64,000 bases of DNA from an uncultured Verrucomicrobiae bacterium (GCA_963702845.1 OY969763.1:544001-608000), one strand, 5' to 3'. Shown: positions 43,163 through 54,855, numbered from the stretch's first letter. Notes: a model not told the origin generated them from the sequence alone. A program made the numbers and translations.

Positions 43163-45100
43163 ATGCCTGTGCGTCGTCTGACTGCAAAACTGTCGCGGAT
43201 TTCGTTGTTGCTGGTGCTGCTCGCAACGGCAGTTCACTGCTTTGCACAAACGATGACGTCATCGGGTTTGCGCGCGACGTTTGTTGCCGCCGACGGCAAA
43301 ACGACGGATACGAAAATGACGCCGACGCTGGCGATCTACGTGCCGGAAGGGGAGTCGCCGACGAGTTTTTTGCCGCGTGGCAAATTTCGCGTGACGTGGT
43401 CTGGGTTTATTCGCGCGGATTTGCGGGACGAGATCAGTTTTCAGGCTGAAGTGAATGGGACGTTTAAACTGGAGATCGGCGGCGTCACGGTGTTGGAAGC
43501 TGCAGACACCAAAGGGCCGACGGCGTTTAGTGAGCCGGTGCGGTTGAAAAAAGGCCTGAACATTTTGCGTGCGACATTCAGTTCGCCGATGACGGGCGAC
43601 GCGTTTGTGCGACTGAAAGTAAAGACTTCGGAGGGGTTGGTTCAGCCGCTGGATCCAACACATTTGGATTGTGCCGATTCCTCTGAATCTCGTCGCGGGG
43701 ATGCGATGCGCGACGGGCTTGCGTCGTTTCTCGAACATTGCTGCGCGAGGTGTCATGAAACCGGAATTTCAAACGGCACTCCCGATTTGAACATGGATGC
43801 GCCGGCGCTCGATGGGATCGGTGCACGTCTGCGTGGAGATTGGATGGCGCGGTGGGTGGCGGATCCGCGGTTGATCCGGGCTGATGCGCACATGCCGCAA
43901 ATCCGCATCGCGAGCCGTCCTGAAAACGCGCGTGCGATCGCGGTGTTTCTCGCCAGCACAGGCACCAATTTCAACGAGCCTGCTCAACCGAGACTGACGT
44001 CCACCGAAATCAAAAAGGGGCAGGCACTGTTTGAGAGCCAACACTGCGACGTCTGTCACTATACCGAAGGTGCGGGCACGCCGGATTCGACGAAGGTGTC
44101 GTTGTCGAATGTTGCGTCGAAATTTTATCCAGACGCTTTACGGGCCTACATTGAAAAGCCGGATGCGTTTTATAAATGGACGGCGATGCCGCGGTTTCGC
44201 TTCGGTCCCGGCGACGCGGATTTGCTGGCGCGTTGGCTGATTACGCGCAGCCTCGCGTTTTCGTCAAACAACACGCCTGCCACGAGGGAAGAAGTCGAGC
44301 ACGGGAAAGAGTTGGTGCAAACGCTGGGTTGCCTGAATTGTCACGCGATGAATCTGCCGAATAAATTTTCGACGATGCCGCTGGCGCGCGCGGAGGTGAC
44401 GCATGGCGGTTGTATTGGTTCACAGCCGACGATTGATTTTGGTTTTGCTCCAGTTGAGCGAAGCGCGATTCACCTGTGGCTTTCGAACGAACGCACTTCG
44501 CTGACGCGCAACGTGCCGATGGAATTTGCGGAACGGCATTACGTGCGGTTGCTTTGTGCGGAGTGCCACCAAAAGGTCGAAGGCGTGGCGGGGCTAAATA
44601 GAATTGGTGAGAAACTAAAACCGGAATGGATGGGACGGTTCATCGACGGAGACATCGCGCAAAAACCGCGGCCATGGCTGTCGTCACAAATGCCGGCGTT
44701 CCCGCAATATGGCGTTGGCATCGCGCAGGGATTGGCCGAACAAAATGGTTTTGCGCCACATTCGCCGACGAACAAGCCGGTCGCCGAGCTTGCCAAAATC
44801 GGCAGTCAGTTGGTGCAGGCTCCGCCGATAGGTTTGGCGTGTGTGCAATGTCATGCGAATGGCGCGACGATGCCGTCGATTTCAGATGCGCCGGGGATCA
44901 ATTTCGCGTTCATCGCGCAGCGCCTGCAGCCGTCGTATTTTCAGCGATGGGTCCGCAAACCATCCGCGATTGATCCGCAGACGAAAATGCCTTCGTTCTT
45001 TACCGCCGAAGGCACGAGCCCGCTGAAACAATATTTCGAGGGCAATGCCGATATGCAAATCGCGGCGATTTGGGAATATCTACAAACGCGACACGAGTAG
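43163..45100 (+). CDS. Secreted multiheme c-type cytochrome (5 CxxCH) with PA14-like N-terminal domain
   Basis: CARCH, CDVCH, CLNCH, CAECH, CVQCH; repeated W...P....P...MP.F distal motifs. Confidence 0.85.
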   Translation: MPVRRLTAKLSRISLLLVLLATAVHCFAQTMTSSGLRATFVAADGKTTDTKMTPTLAIYVPEGESPTSFLPRGKFRVTWSGFIRADLRDEISFQAEVNGTFKLEIGGVTVLEAADTKGPTAFSEPVRLKKGLNILRATFSSPMTGDAFVRLKVKTSEGLVQPLDPTHLDCADSSESRRGDAMRDGLASFLEHCCARCHETGISNGTPDLNMDAPALDGIGARLRGDWMARWVADPRLIRADAHMPQIRIASRPENARAIAVFLASTGTNFNEPAQPRLTSTEIKKGQALFESQHCDVCHYTEGAGTPDSTKVSLSNVASKFYPDALRAYIEKPDAFYKWTAMPRFRFGPGDADLLARWLITRSLAFSSNNTPATREEVEHGKELVQTLGCLNCHAMNLPNKFSTMPLARAEVTHGGCIGSQPTIDFGFAPVERSAIHLWLSNERTSLTRNVPMEFAERHYVRLLCAECHQKVEGVAGLNRIGEKLKPEWMGRFIDGDIAQKPRPWLSSQMPAFPQYGVGIAQGLAEQNGFAPHSPTNKPVAELAKIGSQLVQAPPIGLACVQCHANGATMPSISDAPGINFAFIAQRLQPSYFQRWVRKPSAIDPQTKMPSFFTAEGTSPLKQYFEGNADMQIAAIWEYLQTRHE

Positions 45101-46861
45101 CTCGCGCTGGAACGTCAGTTCTTTCGGTAAATCGGCGTAGAGTTTCAGGAACAGTTCGTCGTGCGACAGAACTTCGCGCCGCCATTCCTCGGTGTCGATC
45201 GCCTGGGCTTTGGCGAGACGCGTGCTGTCGAAATTTTTCATTCCTTCGAGGTCGAAATCGTTGGCGTTCGGAACCCAACCGAGGGGCGCTTCCCAGGCTT
45301 GCGCATGGCCACGACAGCGTTGAGCAATCCATTTTAAAACGCGCATGTTTTCGCCAAAACCGGGCCAGAGGAATTTACCATTTTCATCTTTGCGGAACCA
45401 GTTCACGTGAAAAATGCGCGGCAGCGTCGGAATGTGCGAGCGCATGCGAAGCCAATGCTGAAAGTAAGTGCCCATGTTGTAACCGCAGAACGGGAGCATG
45501 GCCATCGGGTCGCGGCGCACCTGGCCGACGGCGCCGGTCGCGGCAGCGGTGGTTTCGGAACTCATGGTTGCGCCGACGTAAACGCCGTGGATCCAGTTGA
45601 AGGCCTGGTAAACCAAAGGCATGGTGGTGGCGCGGCGGCCGCCGAAAATAATTGCGTTGATCGGCACGCCGTCTGGGTCGTCGACTTCTTTTGCAAGCGC
45701 AGGGTTGTTGCGCATGGGCGCGGCAAAACGGCTGTTCGCGTGTGCGGCGGGTTCTTTGGAGTCGGGAGTCCAACGTTGGCCTTTCCAATCGATAAGTTCT
45801 TTTGGCGGCGCTTCGGTTTTTCCTTCCCACCAGACATCAAGATCTGGCGTGAGCGCGACGTTGGTGAAAATCGTATCGCGCGCGATTGTCGCCATCGCGT
45901 TTGGATTCGTCTTTTCGTTGGTTCCCGGGGCGACTCCGAAATAACCGGCTTCGGGATTGATTGCATGGAGGTGGCCGGTTTTGCCGGGCTTCATCCATGC
46001 GATGTCGTCGCCCACGGTGGTCACTTTCCAACCGGCAAAATGGGGCGGCGGGATGAGCATGGAAAAATTTGTTTTACCGCAAGCACTCGGAAACGCGCCG
46101 GTAACAAATGTCTTTTCGCCGGTTGGCGATTCGACGCCGAGAATCAACATGTGCTCGGCCAGCCAGCCTTCTTTTTGCGCGAGGTAAGAGCCGATGCGCA
46201 GGGCTAAACATTTTTTGCCGAGCAGGGCATTGCCGCCGTAATTAGAGCCGACGGAGATGATGGCGTTCTCTTGTGGGAAATGCGCGATGTAACGGCGATC
46301 GGGCTCGACATCGAGCATGCAATGCAAACCGCGATTGAAATCTTCACTGTTGCCGAGGTGCTCGTAAGCAAGTTGGCCCATGCGCGTCATAATGCGCATG
46401 CTCAAGGCGACGTAAATTGAGTCGGTCACTTCGACACCGACCTTTGCCATAGGTGAACCGGCCGGACCCATGAGATACGGGACGACATACATCGTTCGAC
46501 CGCGCATTGCGCCAGTGCAATAGCCGCGAAGCTTATTATGCATGTCGCGCGGCGCCATCCAATTGTTGGTCGGGCCAGCTTCGTGTTTTGCTTCGGTGCA
46601 GATGAAGGTGGATTGTTCGGTGCGCGCGACGTCGTTTTGTTTCGAGCGATGATAATAACAGCCGGGTAATTTTTTTTGGTTGAGCTCGATAAGTACTCCG
46701 GAAGCGATCGCTTGTTCGGTCAGGCGTTGCTTTTCTTCTTCCGAACCGTCACACCAAACGACCTCGTCGGGCTGGCAGAGCGTGGCCACGTCTTTAACCC
46801 AGCGAATGACACCGCTGTTGGCTGTGCTGGGTTTGCTCCCGGTTTTTGAATTCATTCGCAA
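45080..46861 (-). CDS. pckG: Phosphoenolpyruvate carboxykinase (GTP)
   Basis: [48 protein letters not shown]. Confidence 0.97.
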   Translation of the reverse strand: MRMNSKTGSKPSTANSGVIRWVKDVATLCQPDEVVWCDGSEEEKQRLTEQAIASGVLIELNQKKLPGCYYHRSKQNDVARTEQSTFICTEAKHEAGPTNNWMAPRDMHNKLRGYCTGAMRGRTMYVVPYLMGPAGSPMAKVGVEVTDSIYVALSMRIMTRMGQLAYEHLGNSEDFNRGLHCMLDVEPDRRYIAHFPQENAIISVGSNYGGNALLGKKCLALRIGSYLAQKEGWLAEHMLILGVESPTGEKTFVTGAFPSACGKTNFSMLIPPPHFAGWKVTTVGDDIAWMKPGKTGHLHAINPEAGYFGVAPGTNEKTNPNAMATIARDTIFTNVALTPDLDVWWEGKTEAPPKELIDWKGQRWTPDSKEPAAHANSRFAAPMRNNPALAKEVDDPDGVPINAIIFGGRRATTMPLVYQAFNWIHGVYVGATMSSETTAAATGAVGQVRRDPMAMLPFCGYNMGTYFQHWLRMRSHIPTLPRIFHVNWFRKDENGKFLWPGFGENMRVLKWIAQRCRGHAQAWEAPLGWVPNANDFDLEGMKNFDSTRLAKAQAIDTEEWRREVLSHDELFLKLYADLPKELTFQRELLVSRL

Positions 46862-46942
46862 TCAAGCATAAACCAAGTCAGGTGTGTGCGAAAGAGAGGG
46901 ACGGTTAAAAACAGGTTGGCTTCTCAGGCCGTTAAGGTGGGT

Positions 46943-48535
46943 TTAATCACCGGCGCGCGATGAGGAAGTGGAATCGCTCGATTGCTGTTTCATTTCGAAG
47001 GAATCACCGATGTGATCGCGACCTTCGAACGCGCCGGTTTTTGGGTCACGACGAACCGCGCTGACGAGTGGGCCGGCGCCGGTCAACACTTTGAAACCGA
47101 CGTCGTGCAGATAGTCGCGTTGCTTCGGCGGGAATGATTTCTCGAGACGTAATTCGAGGCTGCCGGTCGTGTTCAGTCGCGGCGCGTCGATGGAGCCGGT
47201 GAACGATTTGCCTTCGCCAAGGTAATTGCAGAAAAATTCGTAGATTGCGTTGGGGATTTTTGTTCCGCCAGCAGCGCCGATGGCGAGGGTTGTATTGCCG
47301 TTACGCGCCATGAGACTCGGACACATGTTGTGCAACGGACGTTTGCCGGGGGCGACGGAATTGGGATGACCGGGTTCGGGATCGAAGCGCGCCATGCCGT
47401 GCCCGAGCACCATACCGACGCTTTCCACTGTGACTTGCGCGCCGTATCCGTTGCCCATCGTTAAGGTGATCGCGACGAAATTCCCGGACCGGTCGGCGGC
47501 GCTGAGGTTGCAAGTGCCGGTTTGTTGGATACGCGGGACGTCAATGGACATCGCTTTGCGCGATTGGACCGCCGCCTCAACTTGCGATGCGAGTTCTTTC
47601 GCATAATCGACAGATAAAAGTTTTTCCACTGGCACTTCGACGAAGTCGGGATCGCCGAGGAATTTTGCGCGATCGCGCCAGGCGAGGCGGAGGGCTTCGA
47701 CTTGTGCGTGGGTGCGTTCGACGCTGCCGGGCTGCGTTGCGTAAGATGTTGCTTTGAAAATGTTCAGCGCTTCCAATGTGGTCAGGCCGCCGGAGCAGAG
47801 GGGCGCGGTGTAGATCGTCGCGTCGTCCCACTCCAGTTTGTAGGGAGTGACCAAACGGGCCTGATAATTGGCGAGATCTTTTGTTGTGACCAGTCCACCG
47901 TTTTTGGCAAAGGCGTCGGCGATTTCTTGCGCGATGTCGCCGCGGTAAAACGAATCAACGGAGTTGCGTTCGGCGAAAGTGGTCAACGTCTGACGTAGCG
48001 CTTGATAGCTGAAGCGCGGGTTCTTCGGTTTTTTTGCGGCAAGCGCAATGGCAGGCTGCAGAACTTCGCGAAGCGATTTCGTGCCGAATTTGCGGAGCGC
48101 CATTTCCAAACCGGCAGGCACGCCCGGCACACCAGCGGCGAGCCAGCCGTGGAAATTAACTTTGCCAATGACGGCGCCTTTGGCATCGAGCGGATACATG
48201 TCCGGACGGGCGGCGGCTGGAGCGACGGAATTGAAATCAATGCAATAAATCGCATCACCTTGCCCGATCATGATGCTGCCGCCGTAACCGCCGATGCCGC
48301 ATTTGCTCGGCGAACTGATGCCAGCGACAAATGCCGCGGCTATGGCGGCGTCAATTGCATTACCGCCTTCGGTAAAAATTTGGTTCGCGGCCTTAACACC
48401 TTCGACGTCGCCGAGAATAATTCCTCGCGGTGGTGGCGTGGTGTGACGTGTCACACATGACGGAGCAACCATCGCCGTCGCGGCGGCTTGCGCGGTCGCG
48501 ATTAACATTTTGCGGCGTGTGATGCGTTTGTTCAT
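46943..48535 (-). CDS. ggt: Gamma-glutamyltransferase family protein with Tat-like signal
   Basis: TRRKML; GGNAIDAA, GIGGYG, catalytic T in GTCNLS, PGKRP. Confidence 0.85.
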   Translation of the reverse strand: MNKRITRRKMLIATAQAAATAMVAPSCVTRHTTPPPRGIILGDVEGVKAANQIFTEGGNAIDAAIAAAFVAGISSPSKCGIGGYGGSIMIGQGDAIYCIDFNSVAPAAARPDMYPLDAKGAVIGKVNFHGWLAAGVPGVPAGLEMALRKFGTKSLREVLQPAIALAAKKPKNPRFSYQALRQTLTTFAERNSVDSFYRGDIAQEIADAFAKNGGLVTTKDLANYQARLVTPYKLEWDDATIYTAPLCSGGLTTLEALNIFKATSYATQPGSVERTHAQVEALRLAWRDRAKFLGDPDFVEVPVEKLLSVDYAKELASQVEAAVQSRKAMSIDVPRIQQTGTCNLSAADRSGNFVAITLTMGNGYGAQVTVESVGMVLGHGMARFDPEPGHPNSVAPGKRPLHNMCPSLMARNGNTTLAIGAAGGTKIPNAIYEFFCNYLGEGKSFTGSIDAPRLNTTGSLELRLEKSFPPKQRDYLHDVGFKVLTGAGPLVSAVRRDPKTGAFEGRDHIGDSFEMKQQSSDSTSSSRAGD

Positions 48536-48550
48536 TGCAGCAATCGAAAG

Positions 48551-49324
48551 CTAGTTGCCGTAACGCGCAATCAGGCGCGCCAAAGCTTTTTCGTTTAGAT
48601 AAAACGGCATGCCTTCGAAGCGAACGACGCCGTCAGGGTCGATGAGCATGGCGTGCGGAATTCCTTGCACTCCGACTGCGCTGATCGTGCGACGCTCAGC
48701 GTCGATGGCCTCCCAATACTCGATCTTGGGCGATTTCAGCTTGTGCACGTCTTCTTCCGATTCGTCGCTCAAACCCATGATGATCACTTTATCTTTGAAT
48801 TTCTGGTGCAGCGCGTTCAAACCCGGGATGGCCTGGCGACAAGGCGGGCACCAGGTCGCCCAGAAATCGATGAGAACGAATTTGCCCTTCGTGTCCGGAA
48901 TTCCGTTGAGCCACTTTGCGACGATGAGCGGTGGAGCGGCTTTGTGCAGGAAAGATTTCGCGTAGAGCTTTGGCACGGAAACGTTGTCGTCGTGGGCTCC
49001 GGGAGCAGAAGATTTCGCCAACGCTTGTTTGGTGGGAGTGAACTTTGCGGTGAGGTCGCGAAAACGGATGTCACCTACGGCTGGTTTTGGTTTTAGGGCG
49101 GCGGCCGCGTTGTAATTGAAATGTTTTTGTAGGTCGGGCGAGAGGTCGTGTAATTGCGCGTTGGCGACGCCGCGCGTGTGCATGAAATAGATTTGTGACG
49201 CGGTCACCGAAGTGACAGTGACATTCGTGTAAGTTCGGTTTCCGACCTGGAGTGTCGGGAACTTGTCCTCAGCGCGCGCAGACAATAACGAAAGCGTGAC
49301 GAGAGTTAACGCAAGGAATCGCAT
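48551..49324 (-). CDS. TlpA-family thiol-disulfide oxidoreductase with extra N-terminal domain
   Basis: DFWATWCPPC; GIPH..LID. Confidence 0.9.
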   Translation of the reverse strand: MRFLALTLVTLSLLSARAEDKFPTLQVGNRTYTNVTVTSVTASQIYFMHTRGVANAQLHDLSPDLQKHFNYNAAAALKPKPAVGDIRFRDLTAKFTPTKQALAKSSAPGAHDDNVSVPKLYAKSFLHKAAPPLIVAKWLNGIPDTKGKFVLIDFWATWCPPCRQAIPGLNALHQKFKDKVIIMGLSDESEEDVHKLKSPKIEYWEAIDAERRTISAVGVQGIPHAMLIDPDGVVRFEGMPFYLNEKALARLIARYGN

Positions 49325-49371
49325 GCCACGGGTATGGCATGCGATTTCGTAACGAGCAAGATTTTTGGTGA

Positions 49372-50361
49372 TTAGCCGGCGCGTGGGATCGGGACGTCGG
49401 TCATCAGGAGCAGACCGGGTTGGGCGCGCAGGACGGTTGGGATGGCGTTGACCAGGGCGGCAACGGTCGCGCGGTCGCCATGAACGCCGCCGCGCAGGAC
49501 GGCGTCGATCGGCGGGTCGCCGATGATTTTCACGGCATCGCGCGGGTCTTCGGCATCGAGATACATCTTGAGGTCGAGCGTCAGCTTGTGCTTGCCGGCT
49601 TTCGCTTCGGCACGATGATGAATGCCGCAGGTCAGGCCTTTCGGGACTTCAAGAAATTGGGTTTTGATGTTCTTAGGCGCGATCATCGGTTCGCAGGATT
49701 CGCTGATCTTGCCAATTTTCCAGCCGAGCGCGTGCGCGACCAGGGCGAGTGATTCGACGAGGCCAACGTGGCCCATTTTGCCTTCGCGGAACAAACGGCG
49801 GAATTCCGCGGGTTCCATGCCGCTGCCGATTTTCATTTGCAGAGGCAGGCGGCGGAGCGAGGCATTGACGACGCGTTCGATCTCGATGGACTCAACGTTG
49901 CGGCAAACGCCGGTCAGGCAGATGGCCAGGGTGTCCATAACGAACCCAGGATTGACGCCGGTGCCGAGGACGCGAGATTTATGTTTGCGGCAAAGGGCGT
50001 CGAGCTTTTTGGCGATAGCGGGCGCGCGCAGTTGTGGAAAGAGGAGTTCTTCGCACGAGGAAACGACGCTGACACCGGCTTTGATGATTGGTTCGAGTTG
50101 TGGCGCAGCTTGCGGCATGCGTGAAACGGAGGTGTGCAGGACGCAATCCGGTTTAGTTTTTTTCAGCAGTTCGGCGAACGAGGAATAAACTTTGGCTTTG
50201 TTCAGCGATTTGATGCCGGTGAGTTCGCTGAGCGGTTTGCCGATCTTGGCCGGGTCGATGTCAACGCCGCCGACGATTTGCAGCCAAGGCTTGGTAGCGG
50301 CGAGTTTGACGGTTTCGATTCCGATAGGTCCCAGTCCGAATTGTGCGACTTTAATTTTCAC
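49372..50361 (-). CDS. 2,4-diaminopentanoate dehydrogenase-like / DapB-like NAD(P) oxidoreductase
   Basis: GLGPIG, SSCEEL, GTGVNPGFVMD, GVHGD.AT. Confidence 0.8.
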   Translation of the reverse strand: MKIKVAQFGLGPIGIETVKLAATKPWLQIVGGVDIDPAKIGKPLSELTGIKSLNKAKVYSSFAELLKKTKPDCVLHTSVSRMPQAAPQLEPIIKAGVSVVSSCEELLFPQLRAPAIAKKLDALCRKHKSRVLGTGVNPGFVMDTLAICLTGVCRNVESIEIERVVNASLRRLPLQMKIGSGMEPAEFRRLFREGKMGHVGLVESLALVAHALGWKIGKISESCEPMIAPKNIKTQFLEVPKGLTCGIHHRAEAKAGKHKLTLDLKMYLDAEDPRDAVKIIGDPPIDAVLRGGVHGDRATVAALVNAIPTVLRAQPGLLLMTDVPIPRAG

Positions 50362-50496
50362 TTTGTCCGATACTTAAAAGGCATCGGGTCTCGTAAATCA
50401 AAGGAAAACGGAGATAGTCTTGGCGTGCGTCAAAACTTCCAAGCTGTCTTGCTTTGAGACGTCAAGCGGCCTGAACGGCTTGCTGCCATTCTCAAC

Positions 50497-51258
50497 TTAC
50501 CAGCTGGTGATGTTGTCTCTGTTGACGTTGACGCCAGTGTTCGGATCGGCGTTGGCATCGATCGCTTTGTCCGGACCGGCAGTCCAGATCATGACTTCGA
50601 CGGGCATGTTCGTTTGTGCCTGATTGAACTTCTGATACAACGGGGCGTAGAAGGCGTCGCTGGTGTAGTTGTCGTAATTCATGTCCAGCGAGATCATGTA
50701 GGGATTGCCAAATGGATCACGCAGGACGCCGTTGGCGTCGAGGCCAGGGGCGTCGCTGACCAAGGCAGTATTATTTGCAACTTTGGCGTTGAAGAAGGCG
50801 AGTTTGCGCGGGTTCAACGCGTTATTGTAGTTGGGATTCATCCCCGGGTAGGTCAGGTTGGGAGCTGCATTCGCTGTGAGAATGTTGAGCACTTCGGCGT
50901 TGCAATTCTCGTAGATCCCACCGCTGGGGGGGATATTAAAGACCTTGTAGGTGGAACTGATCGAGTAGGTGCCTGACTTGGATTTGCCTTCTGTGCCAAA
51001 GGTGAAGTCGCCCCCAGCGTTAGCGCTGCCAAGGACCGATGAGGAAGCTGGGAAACGGCTGTAGTCGGCTTTGTACTGAGTGATAGCCGTGGTGAGGTTT
51101 GCCATTTCGGTCCGGGCAACTTTGACCTTGGCGGCAATTTTCGCTCTTGAAAGCGCAGGCAGGAGCAGCGAGGCCAGGATCGCAATAATGGCAATGACGA
51201 CGAGCAATTCAATCAGGGTAAATGCGAGCGAACGCTGACCCCCTCCTTGTGTTCTCAT
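50497..51258 (-). CDS. Prepilin-type N-terminal cleavage/methylation (pseudopilin-like) protein
   Basis: AFTLIELLVVIAIIAILA, DPFGNPY, WTAGPD, DNITSW. Confidence 0.88.
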   Translation of the reverse strand: MRTQGGGQRSLAFTLIELLVVIAIIAILASLLLPALSRAKIAAKVKVARTEMANLTTAITQYKADYSRFPASSSVLGSANAGGDFTFGTEGKSKSGTYSISSTYKVFNIPPSGGIYENCNAEVLNILTANAAPNLTYPGMNPNYNNALNPRKLAFFNAKVANNTALVSDAPGLDANGVLRDPFGNPYMISLDMNYDNYTSDAFYAPLYQKFNQAQTNMPVEVMIWTAGPDKAIDANADPNTGVNVNRDNITSW

Positions 51259-54200
51259 GGTTCTATATTATGCAATCGAACGGCCCTGTAAAAGAGTAAA
51301 ATTGATGGCTCGCCGTTTGTGAACACGAAACTGCCATCAGGCAAATTGTTAGTGGCGACGGGTGTCCAGTTGGCGAGGTCGGTTGAAGCTTCGATCACGT
51401 GAACGCAATTGGCGTCGCCGACGAGCGTGGTGCAGAACCCGCCCGAGTCCGTGCAATGCGGCGCGACGAAGTGGGGCGGGTGTGGCTGTGTAACAAAGAG
51501 CGTTAGTGTCCAACCGTTCGCGATTAGTCCTGAATCAATGATACGGTCATCGAAGACATAAAGGTTCCAATCGCCATAGGTGCTTTCATGGGCGAATTGG
51601 GCAAGACCGATGTTGGTGTAGCCGGGCGCTGGAGTGGGAAAATCGATATTGTCGTAGGCGCTCGGGTGATACGTGCCGCTGGTCAACGGCGCATTGAATG
51701 GAAGGTCGGCGCCAAGGTCGTCAAATAGCAGATCGACGTTTTGGAGTGGGAAATCGCGACCGCCGCCTGCGTTGATCATGAGTGGTGTTGTTTTTCCAGA
51801 AGGACTTTGGAGGAGAATGCAAATATCGCTCGGATAGGTATGGCCCAAGCCCAACAAGCCGACCTGAACGCGGTTGACGTCTTCCGGATAGATGCAGCTA
51901 ACGTGAATTGCGGATGGGTAAGGTGACCCGGGTTGATTGTCGACAATCCCGATCGGAGCGGAGTTGGCAAAGGTCACTGAATTGGTGACGGCGATGTAGT
52001 CATCCACGCGCAACGTCGCGCTGTTTGTCACGCTGCTGCACGGGCCATGAACTTCTACCGTGATGCTCGTCGGTGGCGTTCCGGCGGCAAGGTTTGGAAT
52101 CGCTAAACTGTTATTGGTTTCGCCGTCGAGGAGTTGGCCATCGCGCCGCCAATCGAATGTGAACGGACCGGCTCCAGTTGGAGTGGTAGTGAAGATGGCT
52201 GTTTCGGTCGGGCAATGAGTTTGATCGCCCATCGACGTTGTTGTTGTCGGAACACCGACCAGAAGCAGGCCTGTGTTCGTTGCGGAATTACACGACGCGG
52301 TGACTTCGACGGTGTAGGTGCCGGCGTCGTTTGATGTCACTGCGTTGAGCAGGAGGTTGCTGGTCGATTGGCCGGACATGAGAATGCCGTTCTTGCGCCA
52401 ACGATAGCTGAATGGACTCGTGCCCGTTGGCGTGGCTTTGAAGGCGGCACTTTGGCTCGCACAGCGAATCAACGTGCCGAGCGACGCGACGGTGACGTTC
52501 GTGCGGATGGTGAGAGTTGCAGTGTTGGTGACCGTGTTGCACGCGCTGCTTACTTCCACGGAATAGAGGCCGGCGTTGCTGGTGGAAAGGCTGCTGAACG
52601 TGAGGGAACTGTTGGTTTGGCCGGGGATCTGGATTCCGTTTTGCCGCCAAACGAAAGAGAAAGGACCATCACCCGACGCGACGGTGCTAAAGGTAGCCGT
52701 TTGGCCGGCGCAACGCGTTAACGAGAACATCGTGCTTGCGGAAATGCTGGGAAGAGAAAGCGTGGCGGAGTTTGTCAGGGTGATGCACCAATTGTTGATC
52801 TCGACGGAATACGTTCCGGCGTCTTGTGGATTTGCGACCTGAACAGTCAGGGACGAATTCGTCGCGCCTGCGACGGCGGTTCCGTTTTTGCGCCAGAGGT
52901 AGGTTGCAATCGGATAGTTCGAAATCGTTGTGGTGAACACAGCGGTTTGGTTGGGACATGCGCTGACGTTTGCTAAAGCCGTCGCTGTCATGTAGTCGCC
53001 AATTAACAGAGCAGCGGTGTTAGTGGCGGAACTGCATGCACCGGTTGCCTCAACGGTGTAAGTGCCAGCGTCGGTTGCGGTGACGTTTGCTATTGCGAGG
53101 ATGCTGCCAGTGCTCGCCAATGTGACGCCGTTCTTTTTCCAAACATATTGAAATGGCCCGGTGCCAGATGGTGTTGCAGTGAACGACCCGGTGCCGCCGA
53201 GGCACGCCAAGGCATCGTGGATGGCGACCGTGTTTGCGATATTGTCGATATGGATTGAAAGATTGTCAGCCGTGTTGGCGTCGAGAACTGAAGCCGGTGG
53301 CGAGATTATGGCGATGTTTGTCAGTGTGCAGTCGACGGGTGTCGCCAGTATTCCGGTCGCGGTGAAAACGACGGCTTGATGAATTGGGATGTCCAGCGCC
53401 GCGTTAATGTTGCCGTTGCCGTTGGTGACGTCGCCGCTGGAGTTGCCGAGGAACGCGGCTGACCAGGTCACGTTGCTCAGTGTTGTGGGGAAGGCGTCCG
53501 AAAACGGGGCGCCGATCACCGGCGCGGCGCCATGGTTTGTCACGGTGATTGTGTAAGTCACGAGTTGGCCGTTGGTGTAGGAGCGAGCGGTGTTATCCTG
53601 CATGACGGCGAGGTCGGTTTGGAAATTTACGCCGCATTCACCGGGCCGTTCGGCGGGGACAAAGATCGCATTGAGCATCATGCGCCGACCGTTATAACAC
53701 TCGAGCGACGATTGAATGCCGTAGTCGTGGCCGCCGAGGTAGAAGATGCAGGTGCCGGTTTGGCCGGGGCGCAGTTTTGCGACAGCGGCATAAGGTTGGT
53801 TCGCCGTTTGGCCAGAGATGTAAACGGCAGTGTAAGCGCTGTTCGTGAAACCAGAGTTGGCGCGAAATCCCCAGTTGGCGACGGAGCTGGTCAACGTCAA
53901 ATTGGTCAGGCCGCCGTCGAATTGGCCGAAAGCGCAATCGGCGTTGGTAAACGCGCAGGTGCCGGTGGCGTTGAGCACGGTTATGCCACCCGTGGTGTGA
54001 AACTCGCCGTAGAGCGGGTTGTTTTCGTAGGTGGTGACGGCCGCGCATTGGCACAAGACGTTGCCGCCGCTGGCCAGAAAACCGCGGATAGCGAGCGTCT
54101 GGGCATTGGTGTTCGTGCCGCCGTCGTAGTGCGGCGCGGTCACGATGGTGAAACAACTGGTGGTTGTGAGCAGCGGGAGATTTGTTGCAAAAAGAACCTG

Positions 54201-54785
54201 ATAATCGTTAGGCGAGAAGCCGGCTGCGGCGAGCACATTTGTTTGGATCCCGTGAAAGGCACCATCCGCCATGACCGCGACTTTAGGTTTGTGCGCGAGC
54301 GTGTATCGGACATCTATGATGGTGTCGGCGGTAAGCCGATAAACGGCGACGTTGTTGCTCCAGTTGGAAATGATGGGCATCGCCACATTTGTGTAGGCGC
54401 TCTCGATGACGAACGGGCCAGCGCGGAAGTTGTAGGTATTGGTAATTGTAACTTTGAACAGAAGTGGAACGGCACTCGCGCTAAAATCGATTGCATCTTT
54501 GCTTTTGCCGGCGGCAATCGCCCATTTCACCGGAATATTCGAGTGGAGCAGAAAATTGATCAGGCCATATGCCTTAAGGTTGAACGGAGTGCCGCCCAGA
54601 GCCTGAAGGCTGTTGTCCATCGGGATGACGAGCGAACCGGCGGAAATGGTTTCGAGATTTGGACGTACGCCAGGAAGGTCTGGATCCGTTTGCGCGAAGG
54701 CACTCGTGCAAAGAAAAATAGGCACGACGACGCGAAAAACCGCGATTCTCAATGCTAAACAAACGACTGCGTGTCTCATGCGCAA
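51255..54785 (-). CDS. Large secreted surface protein: N-terminal domain, DUF11, about 4 Ig-like repeats, proprotein-convertase P-like domain
   Basis: TYTITVTN.G (DUF11); Y.W.KNG..L....DAG.Y.VEV (Ig); HTYPSD..L.SP.G..G.W.L.V.D (P domain). Confidence 0.85.
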   Translation of the reverse strand: MRMRHAVVCLALRIAVFRVVVPIFLCTSAFAQTDPDLPGVRPNLETISAGSLVIPMDNSLQALGGTPFNLKAYGLINFLLHSNIPVKWAIAAGKSKDAIDFSASAVPLLFKVTITNTYNFRAGPFVIESAYTNVAMPIISNWSNNVAVYRLTADTIIDVRYTLAHKPKVAVMADGAFHGIQTNVLAAAGFSPNDYQVLFATNLPLLTTTSCFTIVTAPHYDGGTNTNAQTLAIRGFLASGGNVLCQCAAVTTYENNPLYGEFHTTGGITVLNATGTCAFTNADCAFGQFDGGLTNLTLTSSVANWGFRANSGFTNSAYTAVYISGQTANQPYAAVAKLRPGQTGTCIFYLGGHDYGIQSSLECYNGRRMMLNAIFVPAERPGECGVNFQTDLAVMQDNTARSYTNGQLVTYTITVTNHGAAPVIGAPFSDAFPTTLSNVTWSAAFLGNSSGDVTNGNGNINAALDIPIHQAVVFTATGILATPVDCTLTNIAIISPPASVLDANTADNLSIHIDNIANTVAIHDALACLGGTGSFTATPSGTGPFQYVWKKNGVTLASTGSILAIANVTATDAGTYTVEATGACSSATNTAALLIGDYMTATALANVSACPNQTAVFTTTISNYPIATYLWRKNGTAVAGATNSSLTVQVANPQDAGTYSVEINNWCITLTNSATLSLPSISASTMFSLTRCAGQTATFSTVASGDGPFSFVWRQNGIQIPGQTNSSLTFSSLSTSNAGLYSVEVSSACNTVTNTATLTIRTNVTVASLGTLIRCASQSAAFKATPTGTSPFSYRWRKNGILMSGQSTSNLLLNAVTSNDAGTYTVEVTASCNSATNTGLLLVGVPTTTTSMGDQTHCPTETAIFTTTPTGAGPFTFDWRRDGQLLDGETNNSLAIPNLAAGTPPTSITVEVHGPCSSVTNSATLRVDDYIAVTNSVTFANSAPIGIVDNQPGSPYPSAIHVSCIYPEDVNRVQVGLLGLGHTYPSDICILLQSPSGKTTPLMINAGGGRDFPLQNVDLLFDDLGADLPFNAPLTSGTYHPSAYDNIDFPTPAPGYTNIGLAQFAHESTYGDWNLYVFDDRIIDSGLIANGWTLTLFVTQPHPPHFVAPHCTDSGGFCTTLVGDANCVHVIEASTDLANWTPVATNNLPDGSFVFTNGEPSILLFYRAVRLHNIEP

Positions 54786-54855
54786 CCGAATCGGGCGCGA
54801 CTTCTAAAAGCCGCGCCGCAAATCCTACGTTAAACCGTGTGTTTAGGGGGAAAAA

